From positions 219,418,001-219,482,000 of the forward strand of contig NC_091288.1 in the NCBI RefSeq assembly GCF_032444005.1: a stretch of DNA of 64,000 nt, in the 5' to 3' direction. The DNA is from Ranitomeya imitator (taxonomy: Eukaryota). This document shows positions 44,515-56,009 of this stretch, in pieces (position 1 is the stretch's first letter; every line of letters starts with the position of its first letter). Below the pieces are notes generated by a model, which was not told the DNA's origin, made no database searches, and saw nothing but the letters and a program-made list of their open reading frames with translations. The position numbers and the translations under genes are program-made.

Positions 44515-46990
44515 CATATCTAGTGATCTATATATCCTGTGATCTCCCGATCTAGTGGTCTCATATCTGTCACTATCTGGTGACGTGTGTCTGGTGATCT
44601 CTGTGTCCGATGATCTCTGTATCTGGTGATCTGTATCCAGTGATCTCTGTGTCCGATGATCTCTGTATCTGGTGATCTGTGTCCGGTGATCTCTGTATCT
44701 GGTGATCTGTATCCAGTGATCTCTGTGTCCGATGATCTCTGTATCTGGTGATCTGTGTCCGGTGATCTCTGTATCTGGTGATCTGTATCCAGTGATCTCT
44801 GTGTCCGATGATCTCTGTATCTGGTGATCTCTGTATCTGGTGATCTGTGTCCGGTGATCTCTGTATCTGGTGATCTGTATCCAGTGATCTCTGTGTCCGA
44901 TGATCTCTGTATCTGGTGATCTCTGTATCTGGTGATCTGTGTCCGGTGATCTCTGTATCTGGTGATCTGTATCCAGTGATCTCTGTGTCCGGTGATCTCT
45001 GTATCTGGTGATCTGTGTCCGATGATCTCTGTATCTGGTGATCTGTGTCCAGTGATCTCTGTATCTGGTGATCTCTGTATCTGGTGATCTCTGTATCTGG
45101 TGATCTGTATCCAGTGATCCCTGTGTCCGGTGATCTCTGTATCTGGTGATCTCTGTATCTGGTGATCTGTGTCCGCTGATCCCTGTATCTGGTGATCTGT
45201 ATCCAGTGATCTCTGTGTCCGATGATCTCTGTATCTGGTGATCTGTGTCTGGTGATCCCTGTGTCTGGTGATCTGTATCCAGTGATCTCTGTGTCCGATG
45301 ATCTCTGTATCTGGAGATCTGTGTCCGGTGATCCCTGTGTCTGGCGATCTCTGTATCCGGTGATCTGTGTTTGGTGATTCCTGTATTCGGTGATCTGGTG
45401 ATCTCTGTATCCATTGATCTCTGTGTCCGATGATCAGTGTATCCGGTGATCTCTGTGTCTGTTAAGCTATGTATCTTGTGATCCCTGTGTTTGGTGATTC
45501 CTGTATCTGGTGGTCTGTGTATCCGGTGATCTCTGTATTTGGTTATCTGTATCTGTTGATCTCTGTATCCGGTGAACCCTATGTCTGGTGATTCCTGTAT
45601 TCGGTGATCTGGTGATCTCTGTGTCCATTGATCTCTGTGTCCGGTGATATGTGTATCCGGTGATCTCTGTATCTGGTGATTCCTGTATCCGGTGATCTGT
45701 GTCCATTGATCTCTGTGTCTGGTGATCTCTGTATCCGGTGATCTCTGTGTCTGGTGATCTCTGTATCCGGTGATCCCTGTGTCTGGTGATTCCTATATCT
45801 GGTGATCTCTGTATCCGATGATCTCTGTGTCCGATAATCTGTGTATCCAGTGATCCCTGTGTCTGGTGATTCCTGTACCCAGTGATCTCTGTATCCTTTG
45901 ATCTCTGTGTTTGTTGATCTCTGTATCTGTTGATCCCTGTGTCTGGTGATTCCTGTATTCGGTGATCTGGTGATCTCTGTATCCGTTGATCTCTATGTCC
46001 GGTGATCTGTGTATCCGGTGATCTCTGTATCCAGTGATCTCTGTGTTTGGTGATTCCTGTATCCGATGATCTATGTGTCTGGTGATCTCTGTATCTGGTG
46101 ATCTGTGTCTGGTGATCTCTGTATCCAGTGATCTCTGTATCTGGTGATCTTTCTATCTGGTGATCTCTGTATCCGGTGATCCCTGTGTCTGGTGATTCCT
46201 GTATCCGCTGATTTGGTGATCTCTGTATCCGGTGATCCCTGTATCCGGTGATCTGGTGACATGTGTGTCTGGTGATCTGTGTATCCAGTGATCTCTGTAT
46301 GTGGTGGTCCCTGTTTCTCGTGATCTGGTGATCTCTGTATCCGGTGATCCCTGTGTCTAGTGATCTCTGTATCCGGTGATCTGGTGATCTCTGTGTCTGG
46401 TGTTTAATGTATCCGGTGATCTGTGTATCCGATGATCTCTGTGTCTGGTGATCTCTGTATCCGGTGATCTGGTGACATGTGTGTTCAGTGATCTGTGTAT
46501 CCAGTGACCCCTGTATCCGGTGGTCCCTGTGTCTGGTGATCTGGTGATCTCTGTATCCGTTGAACTCTGTGTCCCGTGATCTGTGTATCCAGTGATCTCT
46601 GTATCCAGTGATCTGGTGATCTCTGTATCCGTTGATCCTAGTATCTGGTGATCCCTGTATAAGGTGATCTGGTGATGTGTGTCTTGTGATCTGTGTATCC
46701 AGTGATCTCTGTATCTGGTGATCCCTGTGTCTAGTGATCTCTGTATCCGGTGATCTCTGTGTATCCAATGATCCCTGTGTCTGGTGATCTCTATCTGGTG
46801 ATTATTGTGTCTGGTGATCCCTGTGTCCTGTGATCCGGTGATCTCTGTATCCTGTGATCTGGTGATCTCTGTATCCTGAGGATCTCCCTGTGACCTGATT
46901 GTGTCCTGGCCTCCATGTCTTGTGCCCTCTGTCTCTGCAGACCACAGGCAATGGCTCCTGATCTCCTCTCGGTGACCTCTCTGTGCCTTG
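44515..46990. repeat. GATC-rich short-unit satellite (14-16-bp units GGTGATCTCTGTATCT / GGTGATCTGTGTCC); degenerate precursor from about 43850
   Basis: Well over 100 GTGATC cores, with mixed unit lengths. Confidence 0.92.
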
Positions 46991-47012
46991 GTGTGTGGAG
47001 GCCTGGTGGTGT

Positions 47013-47143
47013 NNNNNNNNNNNNNNNNNNNNNNNNNNNNNNNNNNNNNNNNNNNNNNNNNNNNNNNNNNNNNNNNNNNNNNNNNNNNNNNNNNNNNNNN
47101 NNNNNNNNNNNNNNNNNNNNNNNNNNNNNNNNNNNNNNNNNNN
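47013..47143. other. Assembly gap (131 N)
   Basis: Run of N characters. Confidence 1.
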
Positions 47144-47523
47144 TACATAGCTCCCAGATATCTATTCCTGGCCATATGCTTTGCAGATGCTGAGGCTGGT
47201 GAGACTACAACTCCCGTGATCCCCCGGGGCCCCTGCACTCGGCGCATGCGCTCTGGATCTCCGCTCTGTCTCTTTCTCCCGCATCTTCGTCTGCAGCAGC
47301 AGCATCAGCACCAGAGCAGCAGAGCCGCGTCCTCCGCCGCATCCTCCGCCGCCCGCTGCTGCCCGCGCTCCGAGCTGCCGCTGCCCGCCGCCCCCGTGCC
47401 CGCAGCGCCCCGTCCCCGGGCTCCCGTGTGCCCGCACCGTCCCCGGCACCAGCGCCCCCCCGGACTCTGCAGCAGTGAGGGGGGAGTAGTCACCATCGTC
47501 AGTGCCCGCAGGAAGGAAGAAGC
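47144..47523 (+). promoter_or_regulatory. STX1B proximal promoter / 5'UTR CpG island
   Basis: Very GC/CpG-rich; NRF1 palindrome GCGCATGCGC at 47242-47251; CAG-rich leader. It ends in AGCATG at the start codon. Confidence 0.7.
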
Positions 47524-47553
47524 ATGAAGGACCGGACCCAGGAGCTGAGGAGT
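47524..47553 (+). CDS. STX1B: Syntaxin-1B exon 1 coding part (MKDRTQELRS); the rest of the gene lies beyond the window
   Basis: ATGAAGGACCGGACCCAGGAGCTGAGGAGT|GTAAGC. This 30-nt coding exon mirrors STX4 exon 1. The ELRS ending (STX1A has ELRT) and the head-to-head position with STX4 indicate STX1B. Confidence 0.88.
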
Positions 47554-47754
47554 GTAAGCAGCGCCCCCCGTGTGTGGCCCCGAGACCCCCAGCCCGGCAT
47601 GTGGCCCCGGGGGTGGGGTGGGCAGCGCGGAGGAGGAGGAGGGCGGGGGAGGGAGGGGTGAGGAGGGTGCACTGCGGGTCTGTGTCTGACTGATTTATGA
47701 GGGGAGCCTCACCGTGCAGCATCCTGACAGCCCCCCGCCCGCTGGGTGTCACCG

Positions 47755-49900
47755 CCGTGTGTGTGTGCGAGACCCTCCGTGTGAGAGACCACTGTGTGTG
47801 TGCGAGACCCTCCGTGTGAGAGACCACTCTGTGTGTGCGAGACCCTCTGTGTGTGCGAGACCCTCCGTGTGAGAGACCACTGTGTGTGTGCGAGACCCTC
47901 CGTGTGTGTGCGAGACCCTCCGTGTGTGTGTGCAAGACCCTCCGTGTGAGAGACCACTCTGTGTGTGCGAGACCCTCTGTGTGTGCGAGACCCTCCGTGT
48001 GTGAGACCCTCCGTGTGAGAGACCCTCTGTGTGTGTGAGACCCTCCGTGTGTGAGACCCTCCGTGTGAGAGACCACTCTGTGTCTGCGAGACCCTCTGTG
48101 TGTGTGTGAGACCCTCCGTGTGAGAGACCACTCTGTGTGTGTGAGACCCTCTGTATGTGCGAGACCCTCCGTGTGTGAGACCCTCCGTGTGAGAGACCAC
48201 TCTGTGTCTGCGAGACCCTCTGTGTGTGTGAGACCCTCCGTGTGCGAGACCACTGTGTGTGCGAGACCCTCCGTGTGTGTGTGCGAGACCCTCCGTGTGA
48301 GAGACCACTGTGTGTGTGCGAGACCCTCCGTGTGAGAGACCACTCTGTGTGTGCGAGACCCTCTGTGTGCGAGACCCTCCGTGTGTGAGACCCTCCGTGT
48401 GAGAGACCACTCTGTGTGTGCGAGACCCTCTGTATGTGCGAGACCCTCCGTGTGTGAGACCCTCCGTGTGAGAGACCACTCTGTGTCTGCGAGACCCTCT
48501 GTGTGTGTGAGACCCTCCGTGTGCGAGACTACTGTGTGTGCGAGACCCTCCGTGTGTGTGTGCGAGACCCTCCGTGTGAGAGACCACTGTGTGCGACCCT
48601 CCGTGTGTGTGAGACCCTCCGTGTGTGTGCGAGACCATCCGTGTGAGAGACCACTGTGTCTGTGCGACCCTCCGTGTGTGCAAGATCCTCCGAGTGTGAG
48701 ACCACTGTGTGTGCAAGACCCTCCGTGTGTGTGTGTGCGAGACCCTCCGAGTGTGAGACCCTCCATGTGTGAGACCCTCCGTGTGAGAGACCACTCTGTG
48801 TGTGCGAGACCCTCTGTGTGTGCGTGACCCTCTGTGTGCGAGACCCTCCGTGTGTGAGACCCTCTGTGTGAGAGACCACTGAGTGTGTGCGAGACCTTCT
48901 GTGTGTGTGAGACCCTCCGTGTGCGAGACCACTGTGTGTGCGAGACCCTCCGTGTGTGTGTGCGAGACCCTCCATGTGAGAGACCACTGTGTGCGACCCT
49001 CCGTGTGTGTGAGACCCTCCGTGTGTGTGTGTGCGAGACCATCCGTGTGAGAGACCACTGTGTCTGTGCGACCCTCCATGTGTGCAAGATCCTCCGAGTG
49101 TGAGACCACTGTGTGTGCAAGACCCTCCGTGTGTGTGTGCGAAATCCTCCATGTGTGTGACCACCGTGTGTGTGTGCGAGTCCCTCCGTGTGAGAGACCA
49201 CTGTGTGTGCGACCCTCCGTGTGAGACCACTGTTTGTGCAACCCTCCGTGTGTGTGCGAGACCCTCCGTGTGTGTGCGATACCCTCCATGTGTGTGCGCA
49301 AAACCCTCCATGTGTGTGACCGCCGTGTGTGTGTGCGAGAGACCACTGTGTGTCCGACCCTCCGTGTGTGTGAGACCACTGTGTGTGCGAGACCCAATGT
49401 GTGTGCGAGACCCTCGTGTGTGTTTGTGTGAGAGTGAGACTGCTGCGCGAGACCCTCCGTGTGTGCGAGACCCTCCTTGTGTGTGTGTGTGAGACTGCTG
49501 CGTGCGCGACCCTCCGTGTGTGTGCAAGACCACTGTGTGTGTGTGCGAGACCCTTCATTTGTGCGACCCGCTGTGTCTGAGACTGCTGTGTGTGCAAGAC
49601 CGCTGTGTGTGACCACTGTGTGTGACTGCCGTGTGCGCGAGACTGCTGTGTGTGCGCAAGACCGCTGTGTGTGTGGCTCTCTGTGTGTGTGACCGGCTGT
49701 GTGTGTGACCCTCTGTGTGCGAGACCGCTGTGTGTGTGACCCTCCGTGTGTGCGAGACCGCTGTGTGACCCACTGTGTGTGCATGACACCGGTGTGTGTA
49801 CGTTACACTGCTATGTGTGTGTGAGACCACTGTGTGTGACCAATCTGTGTGTGCGAGATCGCTGTGTGTGAGATACCACTGTGTGTGACCGACCCGTGTG
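47755..49900. repeat. Minisatellite of mixed ~18-22-bp units GAGACCCTCCGTGTGT.. / GAGACCACTGTGTGT.., start of STX1B intron 1
   Basis: The GAGACC core recurs about every 20 bp; it decays toward 49900. Confidence 0.95.
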
Positions 49901-50099
49901 TGTGTGAAACCAATGTGTGTGTAACCAACTCATGTGTGCAAGATTGCTGTGTGAGTTACCAACCCATGTGTGTTACCCACCGTGTGTCTGCATGACCGAC
50001 CCATGTGTACGATGCCGCTGTGTGTGTCATCAACCCGTGTGTGTGAAACTGCTGTATGTCTCACCTTCCTCTGTGTGCGAGGCGCTGTGTGTGTGACCA

Positions 50100-50495
50100 G
50101 TGTGTAATTTAACTATTGTGTGTAATGTGACTAGTGTGTGTGACTGGTGTGTAATGTGACTAGTGTGTGTGACTGGTGTGTACAGTAATTTGACTATTGT
50201 GTGTGTGACTAGTGTGTAATGTGACTAGTGTGTGTGACTAGTGTGTGACTGGTGTGTAATGTGACTAGTGTGTGACTAGTGTGTGTAATGTGACTAGTGT
50301 GTGTGACTGGTGTCTAATGTGACAAGTGTGTGTGACTGGTGTGTAATGTGACTAGTGTGTGTGACCAGTGTGTGTGACTAGTGTGTGTGACTGGTGTCTA
50401 ATGTGACTAGTGTGTGTGACTAGTGTGTGTGACTGGTGTGTAATGTGACTAGTGTGTGTGACCAGTGTGTGTGACTAGTGTGTGTGACCAGTGTG
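50100..50495. repeat. TG-rich repeat GTGTGTAATGTGACTAGTGTGTGTGACTG
   Basis: Recurrent GTGACT(A/G)GTGT. Confidence 0.85.
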
Positions 50496-50924
50496 TGCTG
50501 GGACTAAAATATTATTGGTGTGTCCAGTGTGTATGTGATTAGTGTTTGTGTATGTGGTCAATGTGTGTATATGATTAGTGTGTGTGTGCATATTTGATCA
50601 CCATGTGTATTATTGTTGTGTGTATTTGATCAGTGTGTATGATTAGTGTGTCATCAGTTGGGATGAGTGAGTATATCTGGTCAATGGGCGTGTATGGAAT
50701 TAGTGTGTATGTGCTCAGCGTGTGTTACCATATTGTGGATTGTAATGTGTCATTCTGTGTTCACTACTTTGTGTGTAGTTTTGTCTTCATTCATTGACTC
50801 CCGTCATTCATCACTTTGGTTCATTCATATGTGTGCGTGTGTGCGCCAGGCGGACAGCTGCAGAGCACATGTTCCAGAGGGAGACTAATGACTTGTGTGT
50901 GATCAGAATGCAGACTGTGAGCGG

Positions 50925-53900
50925 ACATAGTGTGCTGTGTGTGGATGTAGTGTGCTCTGTGTGTATGTAGTGTGCTCTGTGTGTGTGAATGTAGTGTGCT
51001 CTGTGTGTATGCAGTGTGCCCTGTGTGTGTGTGTAGTGTGCCCTGTGTGTGTATGTAGTGTGCCCTGTGTGTGTATGTAGTGTGCCCAGTGTGTGTATGT
51101 AGTGTGCTCTGTGTGTGTATGTAGTGTGCCCAGTGTGTGTATGTAGTGTGCTCTGTGTGTGGATGTAGTGTGCTCTGTGTGTGTGGATGTAGTGTGCTCT
51201 GTGTGTGTGGATGTAGTGTGCTCTGTGTGTGGATGTAGTGTGCCCAGTGTGTGTATGCAGTGTGCCCAGTGTGTGTGTGTAGTGTGCCCTGTGTGTGTAT
51301 GTAGTGTGCCCTGTGTGTGTATGTAGTGTGCTCTGTGTGTGTATGTAGTGTGCCCAGTGTGTGTGTGTAGTGTGCCCAGTGTGTGTATGTAGTGTGCTCT
51401 GTGTGTGTGGATGTAGTGTGCTCTGTGTGTGTGAATGTAGTGTGCTCTGTGTGTGTGGATGTAGTGTGCCCTGTGTGTGTATGTAGTGTGCCCAGTGTGT
51501 GTATGTAGTGTGCTCTGTGTGTGTATGTAGTGTGCCCAGTGTGTGTATGTAGTGTGCTCTGTGTGTGGATGTAGTGTGCTCTGTGTGTGGATGTAGTGTG
51601 CTCTGTGTGTGTGGATGTAGTGTGCCCAGTGTGTGGATGTAGTGTGCCCAGTGTGTGTATGTAGTGTGCCAAGTGTGTGTATGTAGTGTGCCCAGTGTGT
51701 GTATGTAGTGTGCCCAGTGTGTGTATGTAGTATGCTCTGTGTGTGTGGATGTAGTGTGCTCTGTGTGTGTGGATGTAGTGTGCCCTGTGTGTGTATGTAG
51801 TGTGCCCTGTGTGTGTATGTAGTGTGCCCAGTGTGTGTATGTAGTGTGCTCTGTGTGTGGATGTAGTGTGCTCTGTGTGTGTGGATGTAGTGTGCTCTGT
51901 GTGTGTGAATGTAGTGTGCTCTGTGTGTGTACGTAGTGTGCTCTGTGTGTGTGTGTGTGTATGTAGTGTGCCCAGTGTGTGGATGTAGTGTGCTCTGTGT
52001 GTGGATGTAGTGTGCTCTGTGTGTGTGGATGTAGTGTGCTCTGTGGGTGTGTGTAGTGTGCCCTGTGTGTGGATGTAGTGTGCCCTGTGTGTGTATGTAG
52101 TGTGCCCAGTGTGTGTATGTAGTGTGCTCTGTGTGTGGATGTAGTGTGCTCTGTGTGTGTGGATGTAGTGTGCTCTGTGTGTGTGGATGTAGTGTGCTCT
52201 GTGTGTGTGGATGTAGTGTGCTCTGTGTGTGGGTACGTAGTGTGCTCTGTGTGTGTGTATGTAGTGTGGTCTGTGTGTATGCAGTGTGCCCTGTGTGTAT
52301 GTAGTGTGCCCTGTGTGTGTGGTGTGCCCTGTGTGTATGCAGTGTGCCCTGTGTGTGTGCAGCGTGCCCTGTGTGTATGTAGTGTGCCCTGTGTGTATGC
52401 AGTGTGCCCTGTGTGTGTGCAGTGTGCCCTGTGTGTGTGCAGTGTGCCTTGTGTGTATGTAGTGTGCCCTGTGTGTATGTAGTGTGCCCTGTGTGTGTGC
52501 AGTGTGCCCTGTGTGTATGTAGTGTGCCCTGTGTGTATGCAGTGTGCCCTGTGTGTGTATGCAGTGTGCCCTGTGTGTGTGCAGTGTGCCCTGTGTGTGT
52601 GCAGTGTGCCCTGTGTGTATGCAGTGTGCCCTGTGTGTATGCAGTGTGCCCTGTGTGTGTATGCAGTGTGCCCTGTGTGTATGCAGTGTGCCCTGTGTGT
52701 GTGCAGTGTGCCCTGTGTGTGCAGTGTGCCCTGTGTGTGTGTGCAGTGTGCCCTGTGTGTATGCAGTGTGCCCTGTGTGTGTGCAGTGTGCCCTGTGTGT
52801 GTGCAGTGTGCCCTGTGTGTGTGCAGTGTGCCCTGTGTGTGTAGTGTGCCCAGTGTGTATGCAGTGTGCCCTGTGTGTGTATGCAGTGTGCCTTGTGTGT
52901 ATGCAGTGTGCCCTGTGTGTATGCAGTGTGCCCTGTGTGTATGCAGTGTGCCCTGTGTGTGTATGCAGTGTGCCCTGTGTGTATGCAGTGTGCCCTGTGT
53001 GTGTGTGCAATGTGCCCTGTGTGTGTATGCAGTGTGCCCTGTGTGTATGCAGTGTGCCCTGTGTGTATGCAGTGTGCCCTGTGTGTGTATGCAATGTGCC
53101 CTGTGTGTGTATGCAGTGTGCCCTGTGTGTATGCAGTGTGCCCTGTGTGTATGCAGTGTGCCCTGTGTGTGTATGTAGTGTGCCCTGTGTGTATGCAGTG
53201 TGCCCTGTGTGTATGCAGTGTGCCCTGTGTGTGTGTGCAGTGTGCCCTGTGTGTGTGCATTGTGCCCTGTTTTTATGCAGTGTGCCCCGTGTGTGTGTAG
53301 TGTGCCCTGTGTGTGTATGCAGTGTGCCCTGTGTGTGTATGCAGTGTGCCCTGTGTGTGTGTGCAGTGTGCCCTGTGTGTGTATGTAGTGTGCCCTGTGT
53401 GTAGTGTGCCCTGTGTGTATGTAGTGTGCCCTGTGTGTGTGTAGTGTGCCCTGTGTGTATGTAGTGTGCCCTGTGTGTGTGTATTTTGCCCTGTGTGTAT
53501 GCAGTGTGCCCTGTGTGTGTGTAGTGTGCCCTGTGTGTGTAGTGTGCCCTGTGTGTATGCAGTGTGCCCTGTGTGTGCAGTGTGCCCTGTGTGTGTAGTG
53601 TTCCCTGTGTGTATGTATTGTGTCCTGTGTGTGTATGCAGTGTGCCCTGTGTGTGTGCAGTGTGCCCTGTGTGTGTATGCAGTGTGCCCTGTGTGTGTAT
53701 GTAGTGTGCCCTGTGTGTGTGTGTGCAGTGTGCCCTGTGTGTGTGCAGTGTGCCCTGTGTGTGTGCAGTGTGCTCTGTGTGCAGTGTGCCCTGTGTGTGC
53801 AGTGTGCCCTGTATGTGTGTGCAGTGTGCCCTGTGTGTGTGTGCAGTGTGCCCTGTGTGTGTGTGCAGTGTGTCCTGTGTGTGTGCAGTGTGCCCTGTGT

Positions 53901-55410
53901 GTGTATGCAGTGTGCCCTGTGTGTGTATGCAGTGTGCCCTGTGTGTGTATGTAGTGTGCCCTGTGTGTGTGTGCAGTGTGCCCTGTGTGTGTGCAGTGTG
54001 CCCTGTGTGTGTGCAGTGTGCCCTGTGTGTGTGCAGTGTGCCCTATGTGTGCAGTGTGCCCTGTGTGTGTGCAGTGTGCTCTGTGTGTGTATGTAGTGTG
54101 CCCTGTGTGTGTGTGCAGTGTGCCCTGTGTGTGTGCAGTGTGCCCTGTGTGTGTGCAGTGTGCCCTGTGTGTGTGCAGTGTGCCCTATGTGTGCAGTGTG
54201 CCCTGTGTGTGTGCAGTGTGCTCTGTGTGTGTGCGCAGTGTGCCCTGTGTGTGCGCAGTGTGCCCTGTCTGTGTGTAGTGTGCCCTGTGTGTGTAGTGTG
54301 CCCTGTGTGTATGTAGTGTGCCCTGTGTGTGTATGCAGTGTGCCTTGTGTGTGTATGTAGTGTGCCCTGTGTGTGTGTGCAGTGTGCCCTGTGTGTGTCC
54401 TGTGTGCTCTGTGTGTGTGTGCAGTGTGCAGTGTGCCCTGTGTGTGTGTAGTGTGCCCTGTGTGTGTAGTGTGCCCTGTGTGTATGTAGTGTGCCCTGTG
54501 TGTGTATGCAGTGTGCCTTGTGTGTGTATGTAGTGTGCCCTGTGTGTGTGTGCAGTGTGCCCTGTGTGTGTCCAGTGTGCTCTGTGTGTGTGTGCAGTGT
54601 GCCTTGTGTGTGTGTGCAGTGTGCCCTGTGTGTGTGCAGTGTGCTCTGTGTGTGTGTGCAGTGTGCTCTGTGTGTGCGCAGTGTGCCCTGTGTGTATGTA
54701 GTGTGCCCTGTGTGTGTATGTAGTGTGCCCTGTGTGTGTGTGCAGTGTGCCCTGTGTGTGTGTGTGCAGTGTGCCCTGTGTGTGTATGCAGTGTGCCCTG
54801 TGTGTGTGCAGTGTGCTCTGTGTGTGTGCGCAGTGTGCCCTGTGTGTGTGCAGTGTGCTCTGTGTGTGCGCAGTGTGCCCTGTGTGTGTGCAGTGTGCTC
54901 TGTGTGTGTGCAGTGTGCCCTGTGTGTGTGCAGTGTGCTCTGTGTGTGTAGTGTGCCCTGTGTGTATGTAGTGTGCCCTGTGTGTGTATGCAGTGTGCCT
55001 TGTGTGTGTATGTAGTGTGCCCTGTGTGTGTGTGCAGTGTGCCCTGTGTGTGTCCAGTGTGCTCTGTGTGTGTGTGCAGTGTGCCTTGTGTGTGTGTGCA
55101 GTGTGCCCTGTGTGTGTGCAGTGTGCTCTGTGTGTGTGTGCAGTGTGCTCTGTGTGTGCGCAGTGTGCCCTGTGTGTATGTAGTGTGCCCTGTGTGTGTA
55201 TGTAGTGTGCCCTGTGTGTGTGTGCAGTGTGCCCTGTGTGTGTGTGTGCAGTGTGCCCTGTGTGTGTATGCAGTGTGCCCTGTGTGTGTGCAGTGTGCTC
55301 TGTGTGTGCGCAGTGTGCCCTGTGTGTGTGCAGTGTGCTCTGTGTGTGCGCAGTGTGCCCTGTGTGTGTGCAGTGTGCTCTGTGTGTGTGCAGTGTGCCC
55401 TGTGTGTGGA
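50925..55410. repeat. 4.5-kb TG-rich minisatellite, ~20-24-bp unit G(C/T)AGTGTGC(C/T)CTGTGTGTGT
   Basis: About 200 tandem copies; the (TG) tract length varies. Confidence 0.97.
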
Positions 55411-56009
55411 TATGGACTTGGGGCCTGTGATGCAGAGAACACGCAGGCTTTGGTTGTATGACACGGTGTGTGTGAGCGTGGTTGGTTCAGCACACGACTT
55501 CACTTCTGAACGTTCACACACGTATTGCGGTTGTATTTTGACGTTTTACGGTCTGATTTGTGTCACGTGTCGTCGGTGATCCCGTGATCCGCTTCTGTGT
55601 GTGATGGATCCCTGTGTGGCTGGGGAGTGGATCCATTGTCTACACACAGGAGATCTAGTTGTACCATTCGGGTCTAGTTGTCCTGGCTTGTGGGAAGCCT
55701 GGTTTGGTTGGTGAGATCTTCTGAAGCCCCGTCCTCATACGCAGGGTGTGGTTCTGCAATGTGGACGGTGTGATGACGCTTTGTGGCCTTTGGTGACCTG
55801 ATATCTGGGGTTGGCTCATGTATTTGGTGGCAATTAGCAGATAATTATCCAGCGATGTAGAGCCGGTATTAGCACTCTCTCCATCTCGCCCTGTAAAGTA
55901 CCGGAGGGCGAGAGTGACTCAGACACGAGAAGCACTACATTAAGGTGGAATTATCCTTAAAGGGACGAGCTGCCGTCACAGGTCTACTAGGATGGGGTCA
56001 AATAGAGAG

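Noticed and set aside
47305-47325. REST/RE1 site in the STX1B 5'UTR (TCAGCACC...)
   Set aside because: Only the left half-site matches; the right half (AGCAGC vs GGACAG) does not, and it lies in a CAG-rich tract.
47524-47553. Assignment to STX1A or STX2/3
   Set aside because: MKDRTQELRS and the head-to-head linkage with STX4 fit STX1B; STX1A reads ELRT. Only 10 codons are available, so residual doubt is reflected in the confidence.
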